64,000 nt of DNA from Vicinamibacterales bacterium (GTDB lineage: Bacteria; Acidobacteriota; Vicinamibacteria; Vicinamibacterales; SCN-69-37), in contig DATEGZ010000200.1 of the NCBI GenBank assembly GCA_035279905.1, positions 1 through 64,000 of the forward strand. The letters run 5' to 3'. The notes beneath the pieces were generated by a model, which worked only from the letters and a program-made list of their open reading frames with translations, was not told the DNA's origin and did no database searches. Position 1 is the stretch's first letter. Every line of letters starts with the position of its first letter. Both the position numbers and the translations under genes were made by a program. Of the stretch, positions 9,583 to 19,292 are shown piece by piece.

Positions 9583-11103
9583 CTACGCGCCGGTCGCGAG
9601 CGACGAGGGCTCGCGCGCGGCGGTCACGATCGCTCGCGCCAGGGCCTTCGCGCCGTCCTCGGCGCGATCGGCCGGCTGCGCCGAGTAGCACAGGCGCAGC
9701 TCGTGCGCGCCGCCGCGATCCACGTAAAACGGCTCGCCCGTGAGAAAGACGACGGACTCGCGCATCGCCGCGTCGCGCACGGCCTCGGCCCTCACGGCCG
9801 GGCCCAGCTGACACCAGAGGTACAGCCCGCCGTCGGGCACGGCGAAGCGCAGCTGGCCCGCTGGCACATGCTGGCGCAGCGCGCGAACGAGCGCGTCCCG
9901 CCGCAGCCGGTGCTCCGCCCGCAGCCGTGTGACGTGTCGATCGAACACGCCGTTCCGCAACAGCTCCGCGACGACGAGCTGCGACAGGTTGTGCGTGTGC
10001 GGATCGACCCGCTGCTTGATCATCGTGAGCTGCTCGACGATCGACGGCACCGCGGAAATCCAGCCCAGCCGCAGGCCCGGCGCGAGCATCTTCGAGAAGC
10101 TGTTCAGGTGGATGACGATGTTGTGCGCGTGATCGAGCGTGTAGAGCGACGGCGGCGGCGGTGAGGCCAGCGACAGCTCGCGATAGGTGTCGTCTTCGAC
10201 GATCGGCACGCGGTAGCGCGCGGCCAGCTCGAGGACGTCGCGGCGCACGCGCAGCGGCAGCGTCACGCCGGTCGGGTTCTGATGCGTCGGGTTGAGATAG
10301 AGGAGCTTCGGCCGGTACCGGAGCAGCAGTTCCTCGAGCTCGCCCGCGTCGGCGCGGAGGAGGTCCCAGCCGACCAGGCGCGCGCCTGCGCTGCGAAAGC
10401 TGTCGATGGCACCGAGGTAGCCAGGACGATCGACGATGACCGCGTCGCCGGGATCGACGAGGCAGCGCGCGAGCAGATCGAGGCCCTGCTGCGCGCCGGC
10501 CACGACGAGCACGTTGTCGGGCGCGCCGCCGAATCGCTCGCTGATGGCCGCGCGGAACAGCGGCTCGCCTTCCGTCGCGCCGAGGCGCCACGGCGCCGTA
10601 CCGTCGCGCGAGAGAATCGACTCGGTCGCGTCGCGAAACTCCTTTGTCGGAAAGAGCTCGAGCGCGGGCTGCCCGGCGGCGAACGAGAGCAGGCGCGGGT
10701 TGGCGGCGTCGCGCACGAGATCGCGCACGGTGGTGCGGCTCGACTGGAGCGCCGCGGCCGACACCTTGCCTCGCCAGGCAAACGGCGCGCTGCCGGGATC
10801 GGGCCGCGCGCACACGAACGTGCCGCGCCCGACGTAGCCGCGGACCAGGCCGCGCGCTTCGAGCTCGCGGTAGGCGCTCACGACGGTCGTGCGGCTGATC
10901 CGCAGCGCGCGCGCGAGGTCACGCTCGGGCGGCAGCTGAAAGCCGTCGTCGAGCCGGCCCTGCGTGAGCCCGTTTTCCACGAGATCGACGAGCCGCAGGT
11001 AGAACGGGCGCGTGCGCGGCATGCGGGTGGGATCGACGCGCAGCGCTCCGAACAGCTCATTCACCGACGCCACGTCGTGCCGAACGCGCGCGCCTGCACT
11101 CAC
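9583..11103 (-). CDS. MocR-subfamily GntR transcriptional regulator (HTH plus a PLP-dependent aminotransferase-like domain)
   Basis: N-terminal GntR helix-turn-helix (LPPERDLARALRISRTTVVSAYRELEARGLV). A large class-I aminotransferase-like C-terminal domain (LNSFSKMLAPGLRLGW). GTG start. Confidence 0.8.
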   Translation of the reverse strand: MSAGARVRHDVASVNELFGALRVDPTRMPRTRPFYLRLVDLVENGLTQGRLDDGFQLPPERDLARALRISRTTVVSAYRELEARGLVRGYVGRGTFVCARPDPGSAPFAWRGKVSAAALQSSRTTVRDLVRDAANPRLLSFAAGQPALELFPTKEFRDATESILSRDGTAPWRLGATEGEPLFRAAISERFGGAPDNVLVVAGAQQGLDLLARCLVDPGDAVIVDRPGYLGAIDSFRSAGARLVGWDLLRADAGELEELLLRYRPKLLYLNPTHQNPTGVTLPLRVRRDVLELAARYRVPIVEDDTYRELSLASPPPPSLYTLDHAHNIVIHLNSFSKMLAPGLRLGWISAVPSIVEQLTMIKQRVDPHTHNLSQLVVAELLRNGVFDRHVTRLRAEHRLRRDALVRALRQHVPAGQLRFAVPDGGLYLWCQLGPAVRAEAVRDAAMRESVVFLTGEPFYVDRGGAHELRLCYSAQPADRAEDGAKALARAIVTAAREPSSLATGA

Positions 11104-11268
11104 AGCGGCCTCCTCGGAAACCAGTCCATTCTAGCGAATCCGGGAGTTTCTTGCGGTTTCCCGGGCCGCCCCTGGTACGGTCCATTCGCAGATTGGATGT
11201 TTTCGTGCGCGCAGGCGGGCTCAATCATCGGGAGTGAGGGTGGCGCGTCCGCCCGGGAGGCTCAGGTC

Positions 11269-12198
11269 ATGGCAGCGAGCGGCATCGTATTCGTCGGCGG
11301 TCGGTTCGTTCCGGCGGACCAGGCCGCCGTCAGCGTCTTCGACCACGGCCTGCTCTACGGCGACGGCGTGTTCGAGGGCATTCGCGCGTACAACGGGCGG
11401 GTGTTCAAGCTCAGCCGCCACATCGAGCGGCTGTTCGATTCGGCGCACGCGATCCGCCTCAGCATTCCGGTCTCGCCCGCCGAGATGATCAACCTCGTCC
11501 TCGAGACCTGCCGGTTGAACGAGATCGTCGACGGCTACATCCGCCTCGTCGTCACGCGCGGGGCGGGTGCGCTCGGCATCGACCCGCGATCCTGCGCGCG
11601 CGCGGACGTCGTCGTGATCGCGCAGCCGAAGATGTCGATGTACGCGCACGAGCCGGGCACGGGCGTCAAGCTCGTCACGGCGTCGTTGCGGCGCATTCCG
11701 CCGGACGCGCTCAGCCCGTCCATCAAGTCGCTCAACTACCTCAACAACGTGCTGGCCCGGATCGAGGCAAACGACCGCGGCGCCGACGAGGCGCTGATGC
11801 TCGATCGCGACGGCTACGTCGCCGAAGCGACGGCCGACAACGTCTTCCTCGGCACCGAGCGCGGGCTCGTCACGCCGCCGACGTCGACGAATCTGCGCGG
11901 CATCACGCGCGAGACGGTGCTCGAGATCGCCGCCGACCTCGGCGTCCCGGCCGTCGAGCAGCGCTTCACGCTGTACGACGTGTGGACGGCGCGCGAAGCG
12001 TTCATGTGCGGCACCGGCGCCGAGATCGTCCCGATCGCGTCAGTGGACGGCCGCGTGATCGGCACGGGCGCGCCCGGACCGATCACCTCGCGGGTCGTCA
12101 GCGCCTACGATCGACTCGTCCGCTCCACGGGCACGCCGATCCCGCGCACCGCCGGCAGCTGGCCGGTGGCGTCGACGCCGGTGGCGCAGGCCTCCTGA
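11269..12198 (+). CDS. ilvE: Branched-chain amino acid aminotransferase (PLP fold type IV)
   Basis: GGGAGG Shine-Dalgarno before the ATG at 11269. Strong similarity to IlvE (EGIRAYNG..., RHIERLFDSAHAIRL, LRGITRETVLEIA, GTGAEIVPIASVDGR). Divergent from the MocR regulator. Confidence 0.7.
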   Translation: MAASGIVFVGGRFVPADQAAVSVFDHGLLYGDGVFEGIRAYNGRVFKLSRHIERLFDSAHAIRLSIPVSPAEMINLVLETCRLNEIVDGYIRLVVTRGAGALGIDPRSCARADVVVIAQPKMSMYAHEPGTGVKLVTASLRRIPPDALSPSIKSLNYLNNVLARIEANDRGADEALMLDRDGYVAEATADNVFLGTERGLVTPPTSTNLRGITRETVLEIAADLGVPAVEQRFTLYDVWTAREAFMCGTGAEIVPIASVDGRVIGTGAPGPITSRVVSAYDRLVRSTGTPIPRTAGSWPVASTPVAQAS

Positions 12199-12248
12199 CC
12201 CGCCTTCGCTCCGGCTTCCGCCGGAGCTACGGCGGGCAAGCAGCTACA

Positions 12249-12647
12249 ATGCGCGGCATGCCGACGCATCGACCCGTACACGCTTCCAATCTCCCTCGGC
12301 CCGCCGGTCCGTATTCGCCCGGCATGGGTTTCGAACGGCTGGTGTTCGTCTCAGGGCAAGGCGCGACCGATCCGGCGACCGGTCAGCTGGCCGGCCCGGA
12401 CGTCGAGACGCAGACCGAGCAGGTCCTCAAGAACGTGCGCGCGATTCTCGTCGCCGCGGGATCGGACTTGCAGTACGTGCTGCGCTGCGGGGTGTTCCTG
12501 ATCGATATCCGCGAGTTCGAGAAGATGAACGGCGTGTACTCGCGGATGTTCGGCGAACATCGGCCGGCCCGCACGACGGTTCAGGCGGCCGCGCTGCCCG
12601 GCGCGGGCCTGCGCGTCGAGATCGACTGCATCGCCTACGTGCCGTAG
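12249..12647 (+). CDS. ridA: RidA / YjgF / endoribonuclease L-PSP family reactive-intermediate deaminase
   Basis: 132 aa. GPYSPG...LVFVSGQ...TEQVLKNVRAIL...TTVQAAALPGAGLRVEIDCIA, typical of RidA. Confidence 0.75.
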   Translation: MRGMPTHRPVHASNLPRPAGPYSPGMGFERLVFVSGQGATDPATGQLAGPDVETQTEQVLKNVRAILVAAGSDLQYVLRCGVFLIDIREFEKMNGVYSRMFGEHRPARTTVQAAALPGAGLRVEIDCIAYVP

Positions 12648-12740
12648 AAGATGACGCCGGGAGTAGTTTTACGCAAAACGTAAAACCACCCCCGGCGTCC
12701 GAGTAGTTTTACGCTTTGCGTAAAACTACTCCCGGCGTCA
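12648..12740. terminator. AT-rich double hairpin in the convergent gap
   Basis: Nested inverted repeats: CCGGGAGTAGTTTTACGC-AAAA-CGTAAAACCACCCCCGG, then a perfect GAGTAGTTTTACGC-TTT-GCGTAAAACTACTC. About 35% GC in a 70% GC genome. Lies between RidA (+) and the di-heme gene (-). Confidence 0.55.
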
Positions 12741-12743
12741 TTT

Positions 12744-13964
12744 TCACAGCGACGCCAGGAACGTCAGCAACTGCAGTTTTCTGAAGTCCGACAGATTGCG
12801 GTACCGCTGGATCACGTTCGCAGCTTCGCCGGCGTGCCGCAGGATCGCGGCGTTCACCGTCAGCGATTCACCGTCGTGCATGAATCGGTTGTGCGTGCGC
12901 AGGCCCCAGAGCGGCGCCGTGCGCACCTTGTTGCGGGTGTCGTGGTCGCCTTGCTGGATGCCGTCACCTGTGCCGACGTCGTGCATCAGAAAATCCCCGA
13001 ACGGGTGGATGATCTTGTTGCCGAGCGCCGCCGGCACGACGAATGCTCCGCCGGCGAACGACGTGCCGGTCGGCGCCGTCGTGATCGACTTGACGTGGCA
13101 GGTCGCGCAGCCAATCGCGTCGAACACGTCTTCGCCGTCTTGCGCATCGCGAGTGGCCGCGAGCGCGGTGTCACGCGGCGGCGCCTTCGACGCGCGCATG
13201 AACTGCGCGAACAGCGCGACGTCCTCGCCGTTGTCCTCCGGATCGGGAACCGGATCGAACGCGGCGATGGACCGCCCGTTCGACGTGTTCTCGGTCGGCG
13301 CCAGCGGGCTGGTCACGCCCATCTCATTCAGGTACGCGTCGGCCGAAAACGACACCAGGCTGGCGTGCTGGTCCTTCCATCCGAACCGGCCGATGCGCCT
13401 CCGGCCGTTCGACTCCAGCACCGAGACGAGCAGGATGTCGCCCTGCATGCCTGGCGGCTGGTTCTGCGCGATCGCGCGGAGCGTGTTGTCGTCGATGGCC
13501 TCAACGTAGCCGTCGCCGAGCGTGTTGAGCGAGGTCCGGAAACTCCTGGTCTCGTTGCCGGGCAGCAGCTGCTCCATCAGCGCAGCGTTCGTGGTCCGGC
13601 TGTGAATCAACGAGCCTCCAGGATGATCGGTGAACGTGTCCGAGCGCGCGTCGTAGTGCCCGGCGCGCAGCTCGGTGATCTGGCTGGTGGCGCCGCTGAC
13701 GGGGTTCTGGTGACACTCGGCACAGGATTGTGCGTTGTACATCGGGCCCAGACCGTCGCCAGTGCCCTCCCGCTCTTCGAACGTCGCTCGCGCGAGGTCG
13801 AATTGGGCCTGAGTCACCATGCCGTTGCTCAGGTTGTCGAATCCCGCGAGCGCTTCGGTCGGGGCGTTACTGTGGAATTGCTGCTGGCCTTCCGTGCTGG
13901 CGACGGCGAGAGCAAGACACGATGCCGATAGATACACTACGAGCGTAGTTCTTGGTGCCTTCAT
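12744..13964 (-). CDS. Di-heme oxidoreductase / putative peroxidase (DUF1111 family)
   Basis: Two CxxCH motifs (CAECH, CATCH). PLWGLRTHNRFMHDGESLT resembles the CCP-like distal heme region. Signal peptide present. Confidence 0.7.
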   Translation of the reverse strand: MKAPRTTLVVYLSASCLALAVASTEGQQQFHSNAPTEALAGFDNLSNGMVTQAQFDLARATFEEREGTGDGLGPMYNAQSCAECHQNPVSGATSQITELRAGHYDARSDTFTDHPGGSLIHSRTTNAALMEQLLPGNETRSFRTSLNTLGDGYVEAIDDNTLRAIAQNQPPGMQGDILLVSVLESNGRRRIGRFGWKDQHASLVSFSADAYLNEMGVTSPLAPTENTSNGRSIAAFDPVPDPEDNGEDVALFAQFMRASKAPPRDTALAATRDAQDGEDVFDAIGCATCHVKSITTAPTGTSFAGGAFVVPAALGNKIIHPFGDFLMHDVGTGDGIQQGDHDTRNKVRTAPLWGLRTHNRFMHDGESLTVNAAILRHAGEAANVIQRYRNLSDFRKLQLLTFLASL

Positions 13965-14217
13965 TTCGGTGCCTCCGAACGCTGACGGGGGGCCGCCAGC
14001 GTGTGCCTGACGGACGTACGACGACGAACGACGTGGCTGGGGAACTTCAGGGTCGAACGGCAGGGAGTGCGCGCGACAAATCGATCGCGAAACCGTGCGG
14101 GGAGGCGTTTGATCTGAGGAAGCGGGCGAAGTGTAGCACCATCACCCCTCACTCGCACCCGGTATTTTCGTATCATGTGCCCCGGCCCGCGTGTTTCTTC
14201 GACCCGAGAGGGACCGT

Positions 14218-14523
14218 ATGAGCACGATGCGCAAATGCCCGAGCTGCAGCGTGACGCTCACGCGCTACGAGTGGTCGCGACTGTGGTGGATGTCGTCGGT
14301 GCTGACCGGGAGGCTCGTGCAACCGTGCAAGGAGTGCGGCGCGCTGATTCGTCTGTCGGCGTTGACGCTGCTCACCGGCGTCGGCGCCGTCGGCCTCATC
14401 GTATCCGCCGGACTGCTGTTCAAATGGCAGTCGATCTGGCTGCTGCTGCTGGCGCTCGGATTCGCCATCGTGATTCTGATCGGCGTACTCGGCACGAGAT
14501 TGGAGACGGTACCTTCCGCATGA
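14218..14523 (+). CDS. Small zinc-ribbon membrane protein
   Basis: 101 aa. CPSC...CKEC zinc ribbon followed by two transmembrane helices. Its stop overlaps the start of the next gene (ATGA at 14520-14523). Confidence 0.5.
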   Translation: MSTMRKCPSCSVTLTRYEWSRLWWMSSVLTGRLVQPCKECGALIRLSALTLLTGVGAVGLIVSAGLLFKWQSIWLLLLALGFAIVILIGVLGTRLETVPSA

Positions 14524-17433
14524 CCAGGCGCGTTCTCGCTGTCACCGCGTCGTGTGCACTCGCGCTCGCCGTGTTCGTCCCGACGATCGCCGGACGACAA
14601 GGATCGCCTCCGCCGCTGGCGCAAACCGCACCGCCCGCGACAATCACCAAGGGCGATTTCAAGTTTGCGTACGACGATCGCGGCATCTCGAGCCTGGCCA
14701 ACGCGCAGGATCCGTTTGGCGCCACGCTGACGACGCCCGCGACGACCGGTGGACGCGGAGGGCGAGGCGGCCAGGGCGCACCGGCCGCGACGCTCGGGCT
14801 GACGTTGAGCTACCGCGTCGGCGAACGCACCGAGTGGACGAGCTACACGCGCGGATCGCGGACGCCGGCAGCCGCGGACGCGAGCGCCGTCAGCTACGCG
14901 TCAACCGCGGGTCCGCTCAAGGTCGTCGAGACGTACACGACCGACGGGCGCGTGCTCGACTGGACGGTCGATCTGGAAGCGGCGGGCCAGCCGGTGCACG
15001 TCGGTGATCTCGGGATCTCGATCCCCGTGCAGGGCCCGACGGGCGCAACGCCGGCGGACATCTTCGAGCGCGGCTTCCTGAAGCACCAGTTCGTGTCGGG
15101 CGCCGGGTCGTTCTTCTACTACGTGCGCGCGTCGGGCGCGCCGCCGTTCCTGCTGGTCACGATGCGGCCGGGCACGAAGCTCGAGTACACCGGCGGGGGC
15201 GGGGGCCGCGGCGGCGGCACCGTGGTACGTGCACTCCGCGAAAGTCGCGGCGGCAGAGCCGCGCGGCACGTGGCGGCAGCCGAACACTACGCTCGACCTC
15301 GCGCCGGGCAAGAAAGCGTCGTACGGATTCCGCATGCAGTGGGCGTCCAGCTACGAGGAGCTGCGCGACCTGATCTACCAGGCGGGCCTCTTCGACGTGC
15401 GCGTCGTGCCCGGCATGACGGTACCGTCCAACCTCAACGCGCGCTTCTCGCTTCACACGAAGGCACGGATCCAGTCGGTGACCGCCGAGTTTCCGGCCGA
15501 GACGACGATCGCGCCGCTCGCCGCGCCGCAAGTGCCGGCGTCGGCCGACACGCGCGTGTACGAGGTCACGTTCAAGAAGCTCGGCGAGAACATGCTGACG
15601 ATCACGCATGACGAGGGCCGCAAGACCTACCTCGAGTTCTTCGTCACCGAGCCGATGGAGACGCTCATCAAGAAGCGCGCCGCCTTCATCGTCAACAAAC
15701 AGCAGATCAAGGATCCGTCGAAGTGGTGGAACGGCGTGTACGGTATCTACGACATGCGTGCGAAGGTGACGCGCACGATCGACGATCCGGACATCTTTCT
15801 CGATCGCATGGTGTACGCGCTGACGTGCGACGACCCGGGGCTGTCCAAGGCACCCTACATCGCGGAGAAGAACGTCACGTTCCCGGACAAGGCGGAGATC
15901 GCGTCGCTCGAGTACTACATCAAGAATTTCGTCTGGGGCGGGCTACAGCGGAAAGACGATGAGCGGCCGTATCCGTACGGCGTGTACGGCACGCCGAACT
16001 GGTTCGTGAATCGCGATCCGGGCCGGCGCAAGGACTACGCAGAGCATCTGGCCAGCGGCGCGACGGCGCTCCGCGATCTGGACAAGGAGCACGTGTGGCG
16101 ATCGTACGACTACCCGCACGTGGTCATGCTGTATTTCCACATGTACCAGATCGCGAAGCTCTACCCGGAGCTCTCGACGTATCTGGATGCGCCCGGCTAC
16201 CTCAACCGCGCGTGGGAGACGGCGCGCGCGTTCTACACGTACCCGTACGAGATCTACCCGTCGTACTACGAGACGTACAAGTGGGGCCTCTACAACGAGC
16301 TCGTCGTGCTCGACGTCATCGCGGCGCTCGAGCGCGAGGGCTTCCCCGACCAGGCGAAGTGGCTGCGGAATCAGTGGGAGATCAAGACGAAGTACTTCGT
16401 CTACGACGATCAGTATCCGTTCCGATCCGAGTACGCGTTCGATCGCACGGCGTTCGAGTCGACCTACGCGTTCGCGAAGTACGGCGCGACGCACGACATG
16501 CAGCCCGATCAGAACCTCTGGTTCGATCTCAAGCTCAAGAAGTGGTACTCGCATCCGTCGGTCAAGCGCGAGGACTCGCGCGCGTTCATGGATCGCCAGC
16601 TCGCCTCCGGCCTCGTCGTCCGCGGCTGGCTCAACCCGGCGTACTACACGCTCGGCAGCGACGCCGGCATGAGCTACATGGCCGCGATGGGCGGCTGGGG
16701 CGTGCTCGACTACGCCGAGAACTTTGCGCCCGACCCATTCGGCTGGCTGCAGCTGGGCTACGCGTCGTATCTCAGCTCGTGGGCGCTGATGAACACCGGA
16801 CCGGCGGCGAGCAACTACGGCTTCTGGTTCCCGGGTCCGGAGAACGACGGCGCGTCCGGCTGGCAGTTCACCTCGACGAAGACGGGCAACGCGTGGATGG
16901 GGTCGAGCTTCCCGGGCGGCGTCACCGAGCCGCGCGGGCCGTGGCACTACGACGGCGAGATCGACCTCGGCTACGGCGGCGCGCTTCGCATGGCCGCCAC
17001 CGTCGTCACGAAAGATCCGACGTTCGGCTGGTTCGTGTACGGCGGGACGATGACGGAGTCCGCGAGCGCGCTCACGATCAATCCGCGCGATGGTCTCCGC
17101 CGCCGGCTCGCGATCGTCGTCCCCGACACGCGGCTCCCCTTCCCCGAGGACGTGAGCCGGTTCAAGCTCGAGCTCGAGCGCGACGGCTTCGCGGCCGATC
17201 AGTCGATCGCGATGGACAAGGCGCTCGCGAAGATCAGCGCGACTCTCGAGAACCGCACGAACAACGCGCACACGACCGGCGTCCGGCTGTCGTTCCCGCT
17301 GAACGCGCAATACGAGCTCCGCCAGGACGGCAAGGCCGTGCCGCTCGTGCAGACCGGCGACTGGGACTACCCGTGGCGCGCGGAGCTCAGCATGAGCGGC
17401 CCGACGACGAAGATCGAACTGGTCCGGCGGTAA
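14520..17433 (+). CDS. Large secreted hypothetical protein (about 970 aa if contiguous); reading frame broken by a +1 shift in a poly-G/GGC tract near 15190-15228
   Basis: Frame 0 (from the ATG at 14520; signal peptide MTRRVLAVTASCALALAVFV) looks protein-like up to about 15190 and then turns into Arg-rich nonsense. Frame +1 is nonsense before about 15200 and protein-like afterwards (GTG at 15229 through the stop at 17433). The junction is cggcgggggcgggggccgcggcggcggc. Confidence 0.5.
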
Positions 17434-17437
17434 TGAA

Positions 17438-18019
17438 GTGAAGGCACTCGTCGCTCTGGCCGTGTGTGCGTTTGCGGCTTCAGGTGTCGGCCCGGCTCAG
17501 CCGGCAACCCGCGTCGTGCAGTATGCCCCGCCGCCGACGCTTCCCGAGCACGGCAAACCGGGCGAGTGCCAGACGTCGCTGGCCGCCGCGTATCGCACCG
17601 ACGTGTTCCGCTGCACCGCGGAGACCACCACCTACGACCCGTGTTTCGCGACCGCGAAGAGCGGCCACATGCTCTGCGACGTCGACCCGCGCAAACCGTC
17701 GAGCGGCACGCTCGTGCTCGCGACGGGCTCGCCAGCGTCGCCGGCCGACATCAATGGCGCACGCAACCGCGCGTGGCTCTTCGAGCTCACCGACGGCACG
17801 CTGTGCCGCCCGCTCCTCGACAACCGCCGCGAGGTCGACGGCGTCACGGAGATCTACAGCTGCAAGTGGGTATTCCCCGGCGAGGCCGACGCCGTGCTCG
17901 GCGAGCTCGACTCGAGCACGCCGGTCTGGACGATCCAGCAAGTGACGTTGAACAAGAAAGTCGAACCGCCCACGATTAAGTCGCTGCTCACCGCCCCGGT
18001 CAAGACGGTTTGGCAGTAG
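17438..18019 (+). CDS. Secreted Cys-containing hypothetical protein
   Basis: GTG start 5 nt after the upstream stop. Signal peptide MKALVALAVCAFAASG. Six Cys in the mature part. Confidence 0.5.
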   Translation: MKALVALAVCAFAASGVGPAQPATRVVQYAPPPTLPEHGKPGECQTSLAAAYRTDVFRCTAETTTYDPCFATAKSGHMLCDVDPRKPSSGTLVLATGSPASPADINGARNRAWLFELTDGTLCRPLLDNRREVDGVTEIYSCKWVFPGEADAVLGELDSSTPVWTIQQVTLNKKVEPPTIKSLLTAPVKTVWQ

Positions 18020-18025
18020 GCAGCG

Positions 18026-18151
<126 letters not shown>

Positions 18152-18154
18152 TCT

Positions 18155-19177
18155 TCACCGTATCGGCGCGCTCCAGATCGCTGCGCCGACTCGATTGAGC
18201 GACGCGTTCGACGGATCCGCGTCGGGCGGCCGGTTGCCGGGCGCGCGCGCGAACGCGATGCGGCACGCGTCGAGATCGAACGTGTTGGGCTCGATGGTCG
18301 CGGCGGGGTTCATCACCGACGGCCGCGACGAGACGTGGTTGTAGCCGAGCGCGTGCCCGAGCTCGTGCGATCGCAACGATCGGCGGAATGGGCTGCTGCT
18401 GCGCTCGAAGTCGCGATCGAGCGTGATCATCCCGCCCGTCACCGTGCCGTCCGGCTGGAACAGCCAGCGGCTGTAACCCCAGAAACCCGCGGTCGCATTG
18501 AGCCCGACGACGCGCGTGACCGTGATGACGCCGGCATTGAGGATGTGCACCGTCGCGCCCTCGGCCGATGTCTGGCGGCTGACGGAGGCAAACGCCGGAA
18601 AAGTGCCGCCCGTCATCTGCGGCAGCGCCCACGTCAGATCGTCGGCGAGCTGCGCCACTTCGCCGTCCGTCATCTGATCGCTCAACGCGACCTGATCCGG
18701 TGCGCCGACGGTGGTGAACTGCAGCGCGCGCGTTTCGATCAAGAGCGGCGGCGCCGTCGTCCAGCGCAACAGCGACGACGAGGACCGGAACATCTGGTTG
18801 AACGCGTTGAGGTCGAAGCCCGACGAGATCAGCGACACCGAAATCGCGGCACCCGGCACCCGCACGTTGGTGCGCCGCTCGACGATGCCAGGCCCGGTGA
18901 AGACGACGAGACGCGGATCGGTCGCCGGAGCGCTGGCGGAGATCGTGAACGCGCCGCTGACGTCGGTCGCCGACGTCTGCAGCCCGTCGCCGGAGATCGT
19001 GAGGCCGCCGTAGCCCGCCTGCGTGAGCGCGTCCACGGCACGGCCGGTCGCGACGAAGCTCGACGGTGTCGGCGTCGGCGTGGGCGATGGCCCAGCGGAC
19101 GGCGAGGAACCGCATGACGCGGCCGCGACGAGCGCGGCGAGCATCACGACGGGGACCAGGCCCGGGCGGATGGTCAT
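18155..19177 (-). CDS. Lipoprotein zinc metalloprotease (metzincin/matrixin-like, HExxHxxGxxH)
   Basis: Lipobox ALVAAASC. HELGHALGYNH metzincin motif. An N-terminal carboxypeptidase-regulatory-like beta domain. Confidence 0.7.
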   Translation of the reverse strand: MTIRPGLVPVVMLAALVAAASCGSSPSAGPSPTPTPTPSSFVATGRAVDALTQAGYGGLTISGDGLQTSATDVSGAFTISASAPATDPRLVVFTGPGIVERRTNVRVPGAAISVSLISSGFDLNAFNQMFRSSSSLLRWTTAPPLLIETRALQFTTVGAPDQVALSDQMTDGEVAQLADDLTWALPQMTGGTFPAFASVSRQTSAEGATVHILNAGVITVTRVVGLNATAGFWGYSRWLFQPDGTVTGGMITLDRDFERSSSPFRRSLRSHELGHALGYNHVSSRPSVMNPAATIEPNTFDLDACRIAFARAPGNRPPDADPSNASLNRVGAAIWSAPIR

Positions 19178-19292
19178 TTCTCTATCTTATCGACTCGGGC
19201 GGGTACTCCCTGTTGGCATCGCGCCGTGCGCCAAGTGTCGCTAGACTCAACGGGATGCCAGATGTGCCGTCGAATCCTTCGCGGAGACGACG

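Noticed and set aside
10282-11268. The 5' 330 codons of the 638-aa ORF preceding ilvE, plus other internal ORFs antisense to the MocR gene
   Set aside because: Antisense to the well-supported MocR regulator. The ilvE-like gene has its own GGGAGG Shine-Dalgarno and an ATG at 11269.
16095-17441. A 448-aa plus-strand ORF and a 455-aa minus-strand ORF overlapping the large secreted protein
   Set aside because: Arg-rich, low-complexity products in alternative frames of a gene whose main frame is aromatic-rich and protein-like.
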